A stretch of 24,987 nucleotides of DNA, from NCBI GenBank assembly GCA_949285775.1, contig CASEAD010000090.1, positions 1 to 24,987 of the forward strand. The letters run 5' to 3'. Source of the DNA: an uncultured bacterium (GTDB lineage Bacteria > Bacillota_I > Bacilli_A > RF39 > UBA660). A program made the position numbers and the translations under genes. The notes under the pieces are model-generated. The model saw only the letters and a list, made by a program, of their open reading frames with translations, made no database searches and was not told where the DNA came from. Positions 1-8,895 of the stretch are shown here, one piece after another. Position 1 is the first letter of the stretch; every line of letters starts with the position of its first letter.

Positions 1-9
1 ATAAAAAAA

Positions 10-534
10 CTACTCATTAACAACAAGTAATTTCTCTATCTCCTCATACCTATCTACCAACTCACCTAAATTCTTAATAGACATAAACTTGCACTTTCTA
101 CCATTATCAGAAAACTTAATAGGAATACCACCCTTCTCATACCATAATTCCAAATTATTCATATAATCATCAACCAATATAGCATTATAACAATCAACCA
201 CATCACACTTATTAATACCCTTCTTTACACCAATAACCTTAATATTGCCAAACTTATCCTTCAAATACTTTCTTTTAGCACTAAGTTCACTACTACCAGC
301 ACCAATATGTGTTAAAATACAAATATCATATAAATCACTCTTAATCAACCTCTTTATATTACTAACACTATTTTCTATCTCACTACAACCATTAATCAAA
401 TCAAACCAATCAAGATTCCTATAAAATTCATCCTTCTCTTTTCCATCAGTAATATTCCTCTTAGCCAACATATCATAAGTAACATCAATAGTATTTAATA
501 TAACACCATCAAAATCTAAGTATAATTTTATCAT
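10..534 (-). CDS. HAD-superfamily hydrolase, 5'(3')-deoxyribonucleotidase (NT5C)-like
   Basis: Motif I LYLDFDGVILNT, motif II ILTH, motif IV ILVDDYMNNLELWYEKGG. ATG at 534 follows GTGGGTG and is preferred over the GTG at 543. Confidence 0.75.
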   Translation of the reverse strand: MIKLYLDFDGVILNTIDVTYDMLAKRNITDGKEKDEFYRNLDWFDLINGCSEIENSVSNIKRLIKSDLYDICILTHIGAGSSELSAKRKYLKDKFGNIKVIGVKKGINKCDVVDCYNAILVDDYMNNLELWYEKGGIPIKFSDNGRKCKFMSIKNLGELVDRYEEIEKLLVVNE

Positions 535-560
535 TCTAAACACCCACTAAATTATATTCC

Positions 561-1106
561 TTAATCTTCTAAAAATGCCAAAATCTCATCAACATCCTCA
601 TAATATTCAACAATACTATCATTACTAACCTTAATTAAAGTAGGATTTATCACCATTAAATCATCTAAACTACTAGCACCCTTATTACCAGTATCATTAT
701 CACTTACATAATTACTATTAAGACTACTACCAGTATCTACCCTATAAACCTTATCCTCACTCAAATTATATATAGCATTCCCTACACTCAAATCCTCATC
801 ATCAAAATCATAAAAATATACATAATACTCACTCTCTTGCTGATTAAATATATTCTTAGCAAGTATCTTATCAGTAACACTACTAGCAGCCTCCTCCGTA
901 ACGTCATCTCCACTAGTAAAACTAATCTCTTTAGTAACAAATACCGCTACTACAAAATACAAAACCAATAATACTAATATAATTACCACAATTATCTTAA
1001 TCATAGTAATAAAAGTATCCTTATTATTCAAACTTTCTATATTACTATTCTTTAGCCCCTTAGCCTTATTAAATTTCTCTTGTCTTCTTCTCTCTACTCT
1101 TCCCAT
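561..1106 (-). CDS. Hypothetical single-pass membrane protein
   Basis: Basic N-terminus, one strongly hydrophobic helix (IIVVIILVLLVLYFVVAVFV) and an acidic extracellular domain. GGAGG RBS lies 6 nt before the ATG at 1106. Confidence 0.8.
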   Translation of the reverse strand: MGRVERRRQEKFNKAKGLKNSNIESLNNKDTFITMIKIIVVIILVLLVLYFVVAVFVTKEISFTSGDDVTEEAASSVTDKILAKNIFNQQESEYYVYFYDFDDEDLSVGNAIYNLSEDKVYRVDTGSSLNSNYVSDNDTGNKGASSLDDLMVINPTLIKVSNDSIVEYYEDVDEILAFLED

Positions 1107-1184
1107 CATAAACCTCCACAACAATTAATATTACATATAAATTATATAAAATAATAAATAACTTGTAAAGAGAAAAACAAAAAC

Positions 1185-2219
1185 TTAATAATTATTAACA
1201 CTCCTATGAAGGCAATTATTAATACTCCCAGCCAAAACCTCACTCAACTTATCAATCAAAAAATCTATCTCTTTAGGAGTAACAATCAAATTATAATTAA
1301 TACTATTTAAAACCTCATTAATAAGCCCCTTCTTCTCTTCCTCACTAAGACCACCTATAATACCATATAACTCCCTCTTCTCATCCATTGATAAATCACT
1401 ATTCTTTAACTTATCAATATATTTACTATCCCTACTAACAACTAACTTATTCTCATAATAATTATTCTTAATATAAGATAAATGCCTAAACAAATAACTA
1501 ATAGTATCACTAACAATAGTAGCAGAATCCACAACCGTAGGAATACCAACCGCTATAACAGCTATACCCAAAGTATCCTTACTTAACTCCTTCCTATTAT
1601 TACCCACCCCACTACCAGGATTAATACCCGTATTAGTAATCTGAATAGTCTTATTAACCCTATCAATAGAAGAAGATGCCAAAGCATCAATAACAATTAA
1701 AAACTTAGGCTTAACCTCCTTAATTAAACTAACTATTATATCATAAGTTTCAATTCCCGTATCTGCCATCACTCCAGGACTTAATGCCGACACTTTCCTA
1801 ATCCCCTTCTTAACATCAGTATTTAATTCAAATAAATGCCTCGTAACCATAACCTTCTCTATCGTTTTAGGCCCTAAACTATCTGGAGTAGATTTCCTAT
1901 TCCCCAATCCTATTATCAAACACTCATCATCATCTCCTATATTACTAATATTAACTATCTTTTTTAACTCACTTTCCAAACATTCCCCAACTACTTCCCT
2001 ATCTTCATAATTAGTAATATCTTCAAATTCAATAGTAATATAAGTGCCAACCTTCCTATTAATAGAAGAAGACATTTTCTTATCTACATTAATAGTAGTA
2101 ATACTAACATTCCCTCTTTCCTCCTTCTCTATTTTACCCTCATAAGAATTATCATCAATATTCTCAATAATTAAATCAGTTCTAATATTATACTTATTCA
2201 AATCAATATTATTTCCCAT
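1185..2219 (-). CDS. gpr: GPR endopeptidase (spore germination protease)
   Basis: IRTDL N-terminus, IGLGNRKSTPDSLGP, PGVMADTGIET, VIDALAS, ITNTGINPGSGVGNNRKEL, IGIPTVVD-like and LIVTPKEID motifs. Divergent from rpsT as in Bacillus. Confidence 0.97.
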   Translation of the reverse strand: MGNNIDLNKYNIRTDLIIENIDDNSYEGKIEKEERGNVSITTINVDKKMSSSINRKVGTYITIEFEDITNYEDREVVGECLESELKKIVNISNIGDDDECLIIGLGNRKSTPDSLGPKTIEKVMVTRHLFELNTDVKKGIRKVSALSPGVMADTGIETYDIIVSLIKEVKPKFLIVIDALASSSIDRVNKTIQITNTGINPGSGVGNNRKELSKDTLGIAVIAVGIPTVVDSATIVSDTISYLFRHLSYIKNNYYENKLVVSRDSKYIDKLKNSDLSMDEKRELYGIIGGLSEEEKKGLINEVLNSINYNLIVTPKEIDFLIDKLSEVLAGSINNCLHRSVNNY

Positions 2220-2279
2220 ATAAAATCTCCCTTATCATACCATATTATTTATATTTTTTACATTTTTCATTAAAAATAT

Positions 2280-2308
2280 TTGCCTTTTTATATTTTTTTT
2301 GATAGAAT
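2280..2308 (+). promoter_or_regulatory. SigA promoter of rpsT
   Basis: TTGCCT-17 nt-TAGAAT with a TG extended -10. The GGAAGGAG RBS follows. Confidence 0.75.
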
Positions 2309-2343
2309 TAATGTAGTTAGTTTTGGAAGGAGCGTGAAAATTT

Positions 2344-2613
2344 ATGGCTAATGTTAAAAATGCAAAGAAAAAAATAAAACAAATCGCTAAAACAACTGAA
2401 GCAAACAAAGAACCAAAAGGCGCTATTAAAAACGCTATTAAAAGGACTGAGAAAGCTATTTTAGCAGGAAATAAAGAAATGGCTGAAAAAAACTTAAAAG
2501 ATGTTATTAAAGCTCTTGATAATGCTCAAGTTAAAGGTTTAGTTAAAAAGAATACAGTTAACAGAGAAAAATCTCGTCTAACAAAAAAAGTTAACAAAAT
2601 GGAAGTAAAATAA
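2344..2613 (+). CDS. rpsT: 30S ribosomal protein S20
   Basis: 89-aa basic protein, MANVKNAKK...KGLVKKNTVNREKSRLTKKVN, located next to gpr. Confidence 0.96.
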   Translation: MANVKNAKKKIKQIAKTTEANKEPKGAIKNAIKRTEKAILAGNKEMAEKNLKDVIKALDNAQVKGLVKKNTVNREKSRLTKKVNKMEVK

Positions 2614-2632
2614 TTTATTTACTTCCTTTTTT
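2601..2632 (+). terminator. Intrinsic terminator overlapping the rpsT stop codon
   Basis: GGAAGTAAA-loop-TTTACTTCC followed by T6. Confidence 0.8.
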
Positions 2633-2665
2633 ATGATATAATTAAAATAGAAACGGGTGTGTGAT

Positions 2666-3613
2666 ATGAGTACAGGTCAAAAAGCAATAGTTTTTGTAGG
2701 AGCATTTGTAATTACCTTCATTACAATATGCACTTTTTTTAAAAATGATATTAGATTTTTACTAACCTCTAGAAGTATCGAAAGAAAATACGGTGAAACA
2801 CCAGAAAATAGCTACTTTCTAGAAGATAACTTTAATTTTGTCGATAATTTTGAAGAAACCGAAGTTAGTTCTAGAGAAGAAATAATTAACTCTATATACT
2901 ATATAATTAATTCCGGCATTACTTACTCTGAAAGATACTGCGCTAAAAACTATACAGAATGCTCTACTACCATGGATGAAATTAGCGTTAACCAAGAACT
3001 ATTAAGCATACTTAATAACTTTGTTCATCCATATAATAGTTTTGAAAAAATTACTTTCTCATACAATAACGAAACAATTAAAATAACCATCGATCATACT
3101 TACACCACAGAAGAAATAGATGAAATAAACCAAGTCGTAGATAAATTTATAAACGAAAATATCACCAATAATATGAGTACAAGAGACAAAATAAAAACAA
3201 TCCACGACTATATTATTAATAACACCAATTATGACAGCAGTTACATACCAGGAAAAGAAGATAATACCTATAAATCTAACACCGCCTACGGCGTATTAAT
3301 CCAAGGATATGGTATCTGTAGCGGTTACTCAGACGCTATGGCAATATTCTTAGATAAACTAAATATAATCAACTATAAAATAAGCACCGATAGTAGCAAT
3401 TATAACACTACCAACGAAAACGAAGGCCACATCTGGAATTTAGTTTACCTAGATAGCAATTGGTACCATTTAGATTTAACCTGGGACGATCCCATCAGTA
3501 ACGAAAATATCACTAGAGATAATTACTTTCTAATCACCACTGAAACATTAAAACTATTAGATGACGAAAGCTCACATAACTTTAATACTTCAATATTTAG
3601 TGAAGCATCTTAA
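2666..3613 (+). CDS. Membrane-anchored transglutaminase-like (Cys-His-Asp) domain protein
   Basis: N-terminal TM helix; KIKTIHDYIINNTNYD, GICSGYSDAM (Cys), GHIWN (His), HLDLTWDD (Asp). Confidence 0.88.
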   Translation: MSTGQKAIVFVGAFVITFITICTFFKNDIRFLLTSRSIERKYGETPENSYFLEDNFNFVDNFEETEVSSREEIINSIYYIINSGITYSERYCAKNYTECSTTMDEISVNQELLSILNNFVHPYNSFEKITFSYNNETIKITIDHTYTTEEIDEINQVVDKFINENITNNMSTRDKIKTIHDYIINNTNYDSSYIPGKEDNTYKSNTAYGVLIQGYGICSGYSDAMAIFLDKLNIINYKISTDSSNYNTTNENEGHIWNLVYLDSNWYHLDLTWDDPISNENITRDNYFLITTETLKLLDDESSHNFNTSIFSEAS

Positions 3614-3615
3614 TT

Positions 3616-3639
3616 CATTGGTTATACCAATGTTTTTTT
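3616..3639 (+). terminator. Intrinsic terminator
   Basis: CATTGG-TTATA-CCAATG followed by a T-run. Confidence 0.65.
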
Positions 3640-3647
3640 ATATAGAA

Positions 3648-3679
3648 AGAAACTAACCACAATTTTACAGTTAGTCTCT
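3648..3679 (-). terminator. Intrinsic terminator of rnj
   Basis: AGAGACTAAC...GTTAGTTTCT stem on the - strand just after the stop, followed by a T-rich tract. Confidence 0.55.
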
Positions 3680-3687
3680 TTTACATA

Positions 3688-5331
3688 CTATATTTCTTGT
3701 AATACCGTAATAATCATAGGCTTATTACCCGTTTGACTACTCAAATACTTACTCAAAGATTCTCTTATATTATTCTTAATCTTACCATAATCAACATAAT
3801 TATCATGAATATTATCAACTATTATTTTTAAGCACATCTCTTTAATATTATCTATTAACTCTATACTATCCTTAACATAAATAAAACCTCTAGTAAGTAT
3901 CTCAGGCCCCGCTAATAACTCCTTAGTTTTTTTATTTAAAGTAGCAGATATTATAATTATACCATTATCTGATAACATTTCTCTATCCTTTAAAACAACC
4001 TCTCCAATATCATCATTAGAATCCCCATCAATTAAAACATCACCAACCGGCATTTTATCATAACACTCAACCAAATTACCACCAACAAATCTCGCAACAT
4101 AACCATTCTCTTTTAAAATAATATTATCTTCTTTAATCCCAACCTTATTAGCAACATTAGCATTAGATACCTGAGCTCTATACTCTCCCTTAATAGGAAA
4201 ATAATACTTAGGCTTCATCAAATCTATCATCATCATCAAATCCTCTGAAGAAGCATGATGTGATAACTGATTACTAGATAAATAAACAATATCTACCCCT
4301 TGCTTAGCAATATCATCAAGTAAACGATAAAAAGTCTTTTCCCTACCTTCATAAATAGGCGTTGCCAAAAACACAGTATCAGTAGATTTTAACTTAATAA
4401 ACTTATCATAACCATTAACTATCTTAGTAATATTAAAATAAGGTTTCTCTCTTTCATTAGAATTTAATATAACAACATTATCATCATTAATATTAGTTAA
4501 ATCCCCTATACAATTCTTATTAATAAATAAATACTTACCCATAATAGCCTCATCAATAATATTCTGAAGTCTATGTCCCATTATTACTATCTTTCTATCA
4601 GTCTTTGATACTTCATTAAATAACTCTTGTATTCTATATAAATGGGAATTCAAAACATTAAAAATAATCCTACCATGAGCTTTATTTAAAGTCTCCCTAA
4701 TTAAATTAGCTATCCTATGATTAGGCGCAGTATGACCAGGCTTATCAGCATAAATAGACTCTGCTAATAAACATAACACACCCTGTTTCCCAATATAAGC
4801 AAGCTTACCAATATCAGTTTGATAATACCCCCTCATCATTGCATCAAAAACAAAATCTGACGCATAAAAAATAACTCCATCTTTCGTATACAATGCATAC
4901 CCAAAATTATCTGGCATAGAATGTGTAAGACTCACCGGAAAAACCTTTACCTTACCAAAATTAAGTGTCTTATATGGAGGAATAATATTCAAACTATCAA
5001 CAGACATCCTATTAACCTCAAAATCCTTCTTAATAGAATTAATAGTAAACTTAGATCCATATACATTAACACCTTTTAAATCCTTAATAATATCTACTAA
5101 AGCCCCACTATTCTCATCATGAGCATGCGTTATAAAAATCCCCTTTATCCTCTTAACATTCTCTTTCAAATATTCTATATTAGGTATAACATAATCTATA
5201 CCTAGCATCTTCTCATCAGCATATTTTAGTCCAGCGTCCATTACAAATATATCCTTATCAACCTCAATAACATACATATTCTTTCCATTTTCATTAAGAC
5301 CGCCCAAACTAAATATATTAATCTTACTCAT
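3688..5331 (-). CDS. rnjB: Ribonuclease J (J2-type motif)
   Basis: FSLGGLNENGKNMY, DAGLKY and HSMPD motifs, metallo-beta-lactamase plus beta-CASP architecture, C-terminal KPMIITVLQEI. The metal motif THAHDENSG resembles B. subtilis J2 (HGHDEN) rather than J1 (HGHEDH). Confidence 0.88.
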   Translation of the reverse strand: MSKINIFSLGGLNENGKNMYVIEVDKDIFVMDAGLKYADEKMLGIDYVIPNIEYLKENVKRIKGIFITHAHDENSGALVDIIKDLKGVNVYGSKFTINSIKKDFEVNRMSVDSLNIIPPYKTLNFGKVKVFPVSLTHSMPDNFGYALYTKDGVIFYASDFVFDAMMRGYYQTDIGKLAYIGKQGVLCLLAESIYADKPGHTAPNHRIANLIRETLNKAHGRIIFNVLNSHLYRIQELFNEVSKTDRKIVIMGHRLQNIIDEAIMGKYLFINKNCIGDLTNINDDNVVILNSNEREKPYFNITKIVNGYDKFIKLKSTDTVFLATPIYEGREKTFYRLLDDIAKQGVDIVYLSSNQLSHHASSEDLMMMIDLMKPKYYFPIKGEYRAQVSNANVANKVGIKEDNIILKENGYVARFVGGNLVECYDKMPVGDVLIDGDSNDDIGEVVLKDREMLSDNGIIIISATLNKKTKELLAGPEILTRGFIYVKDSIELIDNIKEMCLKIIVDNIHDNYVDYGKIKNNIRESLSKYLSSQTGNKPMIITVLQEI

Positions 5332-5439
5332 TTCTCTCCTTTCTTTTAATAAAGTATAAAGACTTTAACATTATATCAAAAAAAATAAAAAAAAGAAAGT
5401 ACTTTCTATAACATTATCAAAATTAATTATAAATTAACT

Positions 5440-7899
5440 TTACTTTTTCTCATCTAACCTACATTTCCTATTCTCCATAATAATAAATATTCCATATCCC
5501 ATAAAACCAATAATACTAAACATAACCCCACCATTATACCAAGGAGATACATATTTTATATTTACATCATGCCTACCACTGTCTATCTTAAACCCTAAAA
5601 AAGCTTCATTAACTATCTCAATCTCTACTTCTTCTCCATCAACATAAGCACTAAACCCTTCATCATAAGGAATACTAGTAACAATATAACTATCATTATC
5701 TATATCCACATCAAAACTAATCTCACTATTACCCTTATCAATATCTAAATTATTAACATCTATATAATTATCATATCTATCATTATCCATAACATATAAC
5801 TTAACATTAGATATCTTATAATTACCCTTACTAACAACAACATCCAAATCACTAATATTACTATCACTTATTACATATTCAAAACTACTATTACCATTAT
5901 GATATAACCAACTCTTACAAGTAAGCTTATTAACAACCCCATTAATAGATATAGTCTGATCACCAATACTACAAGAATTATTATAATCCATATCAAAACT
6001 TATAAATAATATCTTACCAACTAACTCTTCATCTAAAGAAATATTATAACTTACCTCTTCATCAACAAGAAAATCATAACTATCATCTATATTACTATCC
6101 TCATACTCATATATATTAGAATAATATTCATCCTCCCCTTCACTAACAACAGTATAATTCATCAAATACTCTAAATTATAAGGAAACTCCAAACTATCCA
6201 TTATTTTCTTACTACCAATTCTCTTACTAACATATATCAAAGGGTAAGCACTATCATTATAATACAATTTAAAATCCCCACTACTATCAACCAAATCATA
6301 ATAACTTATATCCTCTTCACTAATAATATACCTAACCCCCATAAAATTATTAAACAAACTATTATTACTACCAGCCTGTATCAAATAATTACGATATCTA
6401 ATATTATTATACTTATTATAAAAACTATAATATAAATCATTATAAAGAGAAGAATACATACTAACAGTATAATAATTACTATTATATACCCTATTAGCAA
6501 CCTCCTTAGATATATTATCATTAATAATCCTATAATACTCCCTATCACTAGTAATATTATTAACCAAATTATCTATATCACTATTAATAACACTATCATA
6601 ATACTCTACACTAACATAATTCTCACTAGAATTAATCCCTAAACTAATCCCTAATATAACTATAACAGTAGGAATAAAAATAATACTCTTATTCTTATAT
6701 CTAACACCAAAATATATTAATATCAAACATAACAACAAATCTATACCATAATATAAAATATTATCATATCCACTAACATACATAAATATACAAATAACAA
6801 TATTAATAACTACTAACCACTTATAATTAACTTTATTCTTAAATAAATAAACAATAAACCTTCCTAATATATACAAATATATCAATACAAAAGGAATTAA
6901 AACCTTCCCCCTAATATATAATCCACCATTTAATAAATAAGTAACCATTGGAAAAACAGTCAGTAATATTATACTAATAACCAAAAACAAATCACTTTTT
7001 CGTACCCTTTTTATAAATATAATTCCAAATACCGCCACCACAAAAATAGAAGTAATACCAATAGTATAATTACCATATAACAATTCATTAAAATCCGGAA
7101 CAAATAAATCTAACAAACTAACATTACTAGAATTACCTCTTCCCCCATTTAAAACAGTATATAAAGTAGGAATAAGCAAAACCCCTGCCATCATTACCGC
7201 AATTCCTAACCTAATACCTAAACTAAAAATACTCTTTACTATCAATATCTTATTATCAATAATCTTATAAATGCCATAAATAAATATTACAATTAAAGAA
7301 CACACACTATAATAATAATTAGTCATAATCACTAAAAAAGACCCCAATATCAATAACCAACTCTTACCACAATTAACATACTTATCTACCCCCATTAACG
7401 CTATAATTAAAAAAGGTATATAACTAACAAACATAATATGATGATGCATATGATAATTTATTGGACTTAAACTAACAACCAATATAGATAAAAACAAACT
7501 CACTCCCTTATTAAACTTATTATTTCTTAAAAACTTATAAAATAATACACCTACCATCACATATAAAATACAACTAGATACCATTACATAAGTAGTCATA
7601 TCTATAAAAGGCAACAAATAAGATATAAGAAATATAGGACTAAGTAACCCATAATAAGAAAAATTATATATATTCTGCCCCGCTCCTAAATTAAAAACAA
7701 AATTAGGAACTAACTTACCAGTATCATAAAAAATCATCCTAAAATAATCTGGAATAGTACTATGTTGACTTAACCAATCCTGTACTGATCCATATAAATT
7801 ACCAACCCCCAACATTAATACTATCAAAAATAAAGTATATACAACAATTAAAAAATAATTAAACTTATCTCTATTAACTAGTTCCCTTATTCTTCTCAT
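5440..7899 (-). CDS. yfhO: YfhO-family polytopic membrane protein (GT-C, envelope polymer glycosylation)
   Basis: 819 aa with many TM helices; N-terminal DWLSQH...GAGQN...YYGLLSP; C-terminal SIPYDEGFSAYVDGEEVEIEIVNEAFLGFKIDSGRHDVNIKYVSP followed by a TM helix. Confidence 0.85.
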   Translation of the reverse strand: MRRIRELVNRDKFNYFLIVVYTLFLIVLMLGVGNLYGSVQDWLSQHSTIPDYFRMIFYDTGKLVPNFVFNLGAGQNIYNFSYYGLLSPIFLISYLLPFIDMTTYVMVSSCILYVMVGVLFYKFLRNNKFNKGVSLFLSILVVSLSPINYHMHHHIMFVSYIPFLIIALMGVDKYVNCGKSWLLILGSFLVIMTNYYYSVCSLIVIFIYGIYKIIDNKILIVKSIFSLGIRLGIAVMMAGVLLIPTLYTVLNGGRGNSSNVSLLDLFVPDFNELLYGNYTIGITSIFVVAVFGIIFIKRVRKSDLFLVISIILLTVFPMVTYLLNGGLYIRGKVLIPFVLIYLYILGRFIVYLFKNKVNYKWLVVINIVICIFMYVSGYDNILYYGIDLLLCLILIYFGVRYKNKSIIFIPTVIVILGISLGINSSENYVSVEYYDSVINSDIDNLVNNITSDREYYRIINDNISKEVANRVYNSNYYTVSMYSSLYNDLYYSFYNKYNNIRYRNYLIQAGSNNSLFNNFMGVRYIISEEDISYYDLVDSSGDFKLYYNDSAYPLIYVSKRIGSKKIMDSLEFPYNLEYLMNYTVVSEGEDEYYSNIYEYEDSNIDDSYDFLVDEEVSYNISLDEELVGKILFISFDMDYNNSCSIGDQTISINGVVNKLTCKSWLYHNGNSSFEYVISDSNISDLDVVVSKGNYKISNVKLYVMDNDRYDNYIDVNNLDIDKGNSEISFDVDIDNDSYIVTSIPYDEGFSAYVDGEEVEIEIVNEAFLGFKIDSGRHDVNIKYVSPWYNGGVMFSIIGFMGYGIFIIMENRKCRLDEKK

Positions 7900-7970
7900 A
7901 CATCTAACCCTTTCTTTTGGAAAACAAATATACTCTCCCCACCATTATACCCTAATTTATAAATAAAAGC

Positions 7971-8004
7971 AAATGAGCTAACTCGTATAATAGTTAACTC
8001 ATTT
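7971..8004 (-). terminator. Intrinsic terminator after the collagen-like gene
   Basis: AATGAGTTAACT-loop-AGTTAGCTCATT hairpin on the - strand, then TGCTTTT. Confidence 0.7.
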
Positions 8005-8037
8005 TAAATAAATTTCGTTAATTAAATTATGAAAATA

Positions 8038-8745
8038 CTAAGGTCCCGTTGGTCCTGTTGGTCCGGTAGGTCCTGTTGGTCCAGTTACACCTGATGCACC
8101 CGTTGGTCCCGTTGGTCCTGTTGGTCCTGATACTCCCGTTGGTCCTGTTACACCCGATGCACCCGTTGGTCCTGTTGCACCTGATACTCCTGTTGGACCT
8201 GTTGCTCCTGATACCCCAGTTGGTCCTGTTGGTCCGGTAGGTCCGGTTACACCTGATGCACCTGTTGGTCCGGTTGCACCTGATACTCCCGTTGGTCCGG
8301 TAGCTCCCGTTGCACCTGTTGGACCAGTTACACCCGTAGCTCCCGTTGGTCCTGTTACACCTGTTGCCCCTGTTGGACCTTGTGGAATTGTTAAATTCAA
8401 TACAAAATTAGGTGAAACTCCCGTTATTGAAGCCAAAGCAGCTGTCCCAGGATTTCCCGTAGTTACTGTACCAACAGTTAATACAGGTGAAGCACCCGTT
8501 GCGCCTGTTACACCTGTAGCACCAGTAGCGCCTGTAGCTCCCGTTGGTCCGGTAGCTCCCGTTGCACCAGTAGCACCTGTTGGTCCCGTTGCACCAGTAG
8601 CACCTGTAGCCCCTACTCCAGGTCCTGTTGGACCTGTTGGACCAGTTGGCCCTGTTATACCAGTAGGAGAGCAACAACCAACTATGAATTTACCATATTT
8701 TTTCTGATCTTGACATATTTTTCTATATGCATCATCAAAATTCAT
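8038..8745 (-). CDS. BclA-like collagen-like (G-X-T) protein, no C-terminal domain
   Basis: Cys-containing 28-aa N-terminus, about 17 G-X-T triplets, a non-collagen spacer ([14 protein letters not shown]...LNLTIPQ), about 37 further G-X-T/S triplets, then a stop. GGAGGG RBS upstream. Confidence 0.9.
   Translation of the reverse strand: MNFDDAYRKICQDQKKYGKFIVGCCSPTGITGPTGPTGPTGPGVGATGATGATGPTGATGATGATGPTGATGATGATGVTGATGASPVLTVGTVTTGNPGTAALASITGVSPNFVLNLTIPQGPTGATGVTGPTGATGVTGPTGATGATGPTGVSGATGPTGASGVTGPTGPTGPTGVSGATGPTGVSGATGPTGASGVTGPTGVSGPTGPTGPTGASGVTGPTGPTGPTGPTGP
8041..8671 (-). repeat. 9-bp-period coding tandem repeats ([15 protein letters not shown])
   Basis: Repeated ggtcctgtt/ggtcccgtt/gcacctgt units on the + strand, with higher-order [18 protein letters not shown] blocks. 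Confidence 0.95.
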
Positions 8746-8895
8746 CTCTCTATTTTCCCTCCATTCTATTACAATATATGATTAAATGAAAGAAAAGAAC
8801 CAACAATTAACTACTTTTTTAAAAAAACTTTAACAAGAATTATCTAAATTAAATATACTCTTTAACTATCAATAACATATATCTACCAATAACCA

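Noticed and set aside
2233-2261. SigF-like promoter for gpr (GTAAA-15 nt-GGTATGATA)
   Set aside because: The spacing fits, but the -10 has mismatches and reads equally well as a SigA extended -10 (TG-G-TATGAT), so it cannot be assigned.
8041-8671. Regular repeats as a possible CRISPR array
   Set aside because: The period is 9 bp and in frame, with no unique spacers; this is a collagen coding repeat.
8408-8677. 89-aa ORF in the track
   Set aside because: It is an alternate-frame shadow of the collagen repeat on the same strand, with no RBS.
8770-8778. SigK/SigE-type -10 (CATATTGTA) upstream of the collagen-like gene
   Set aside because: The -10 matches, but no acceptable -35 occurs at the expected distance and the motif is short in AT-rich DNA.
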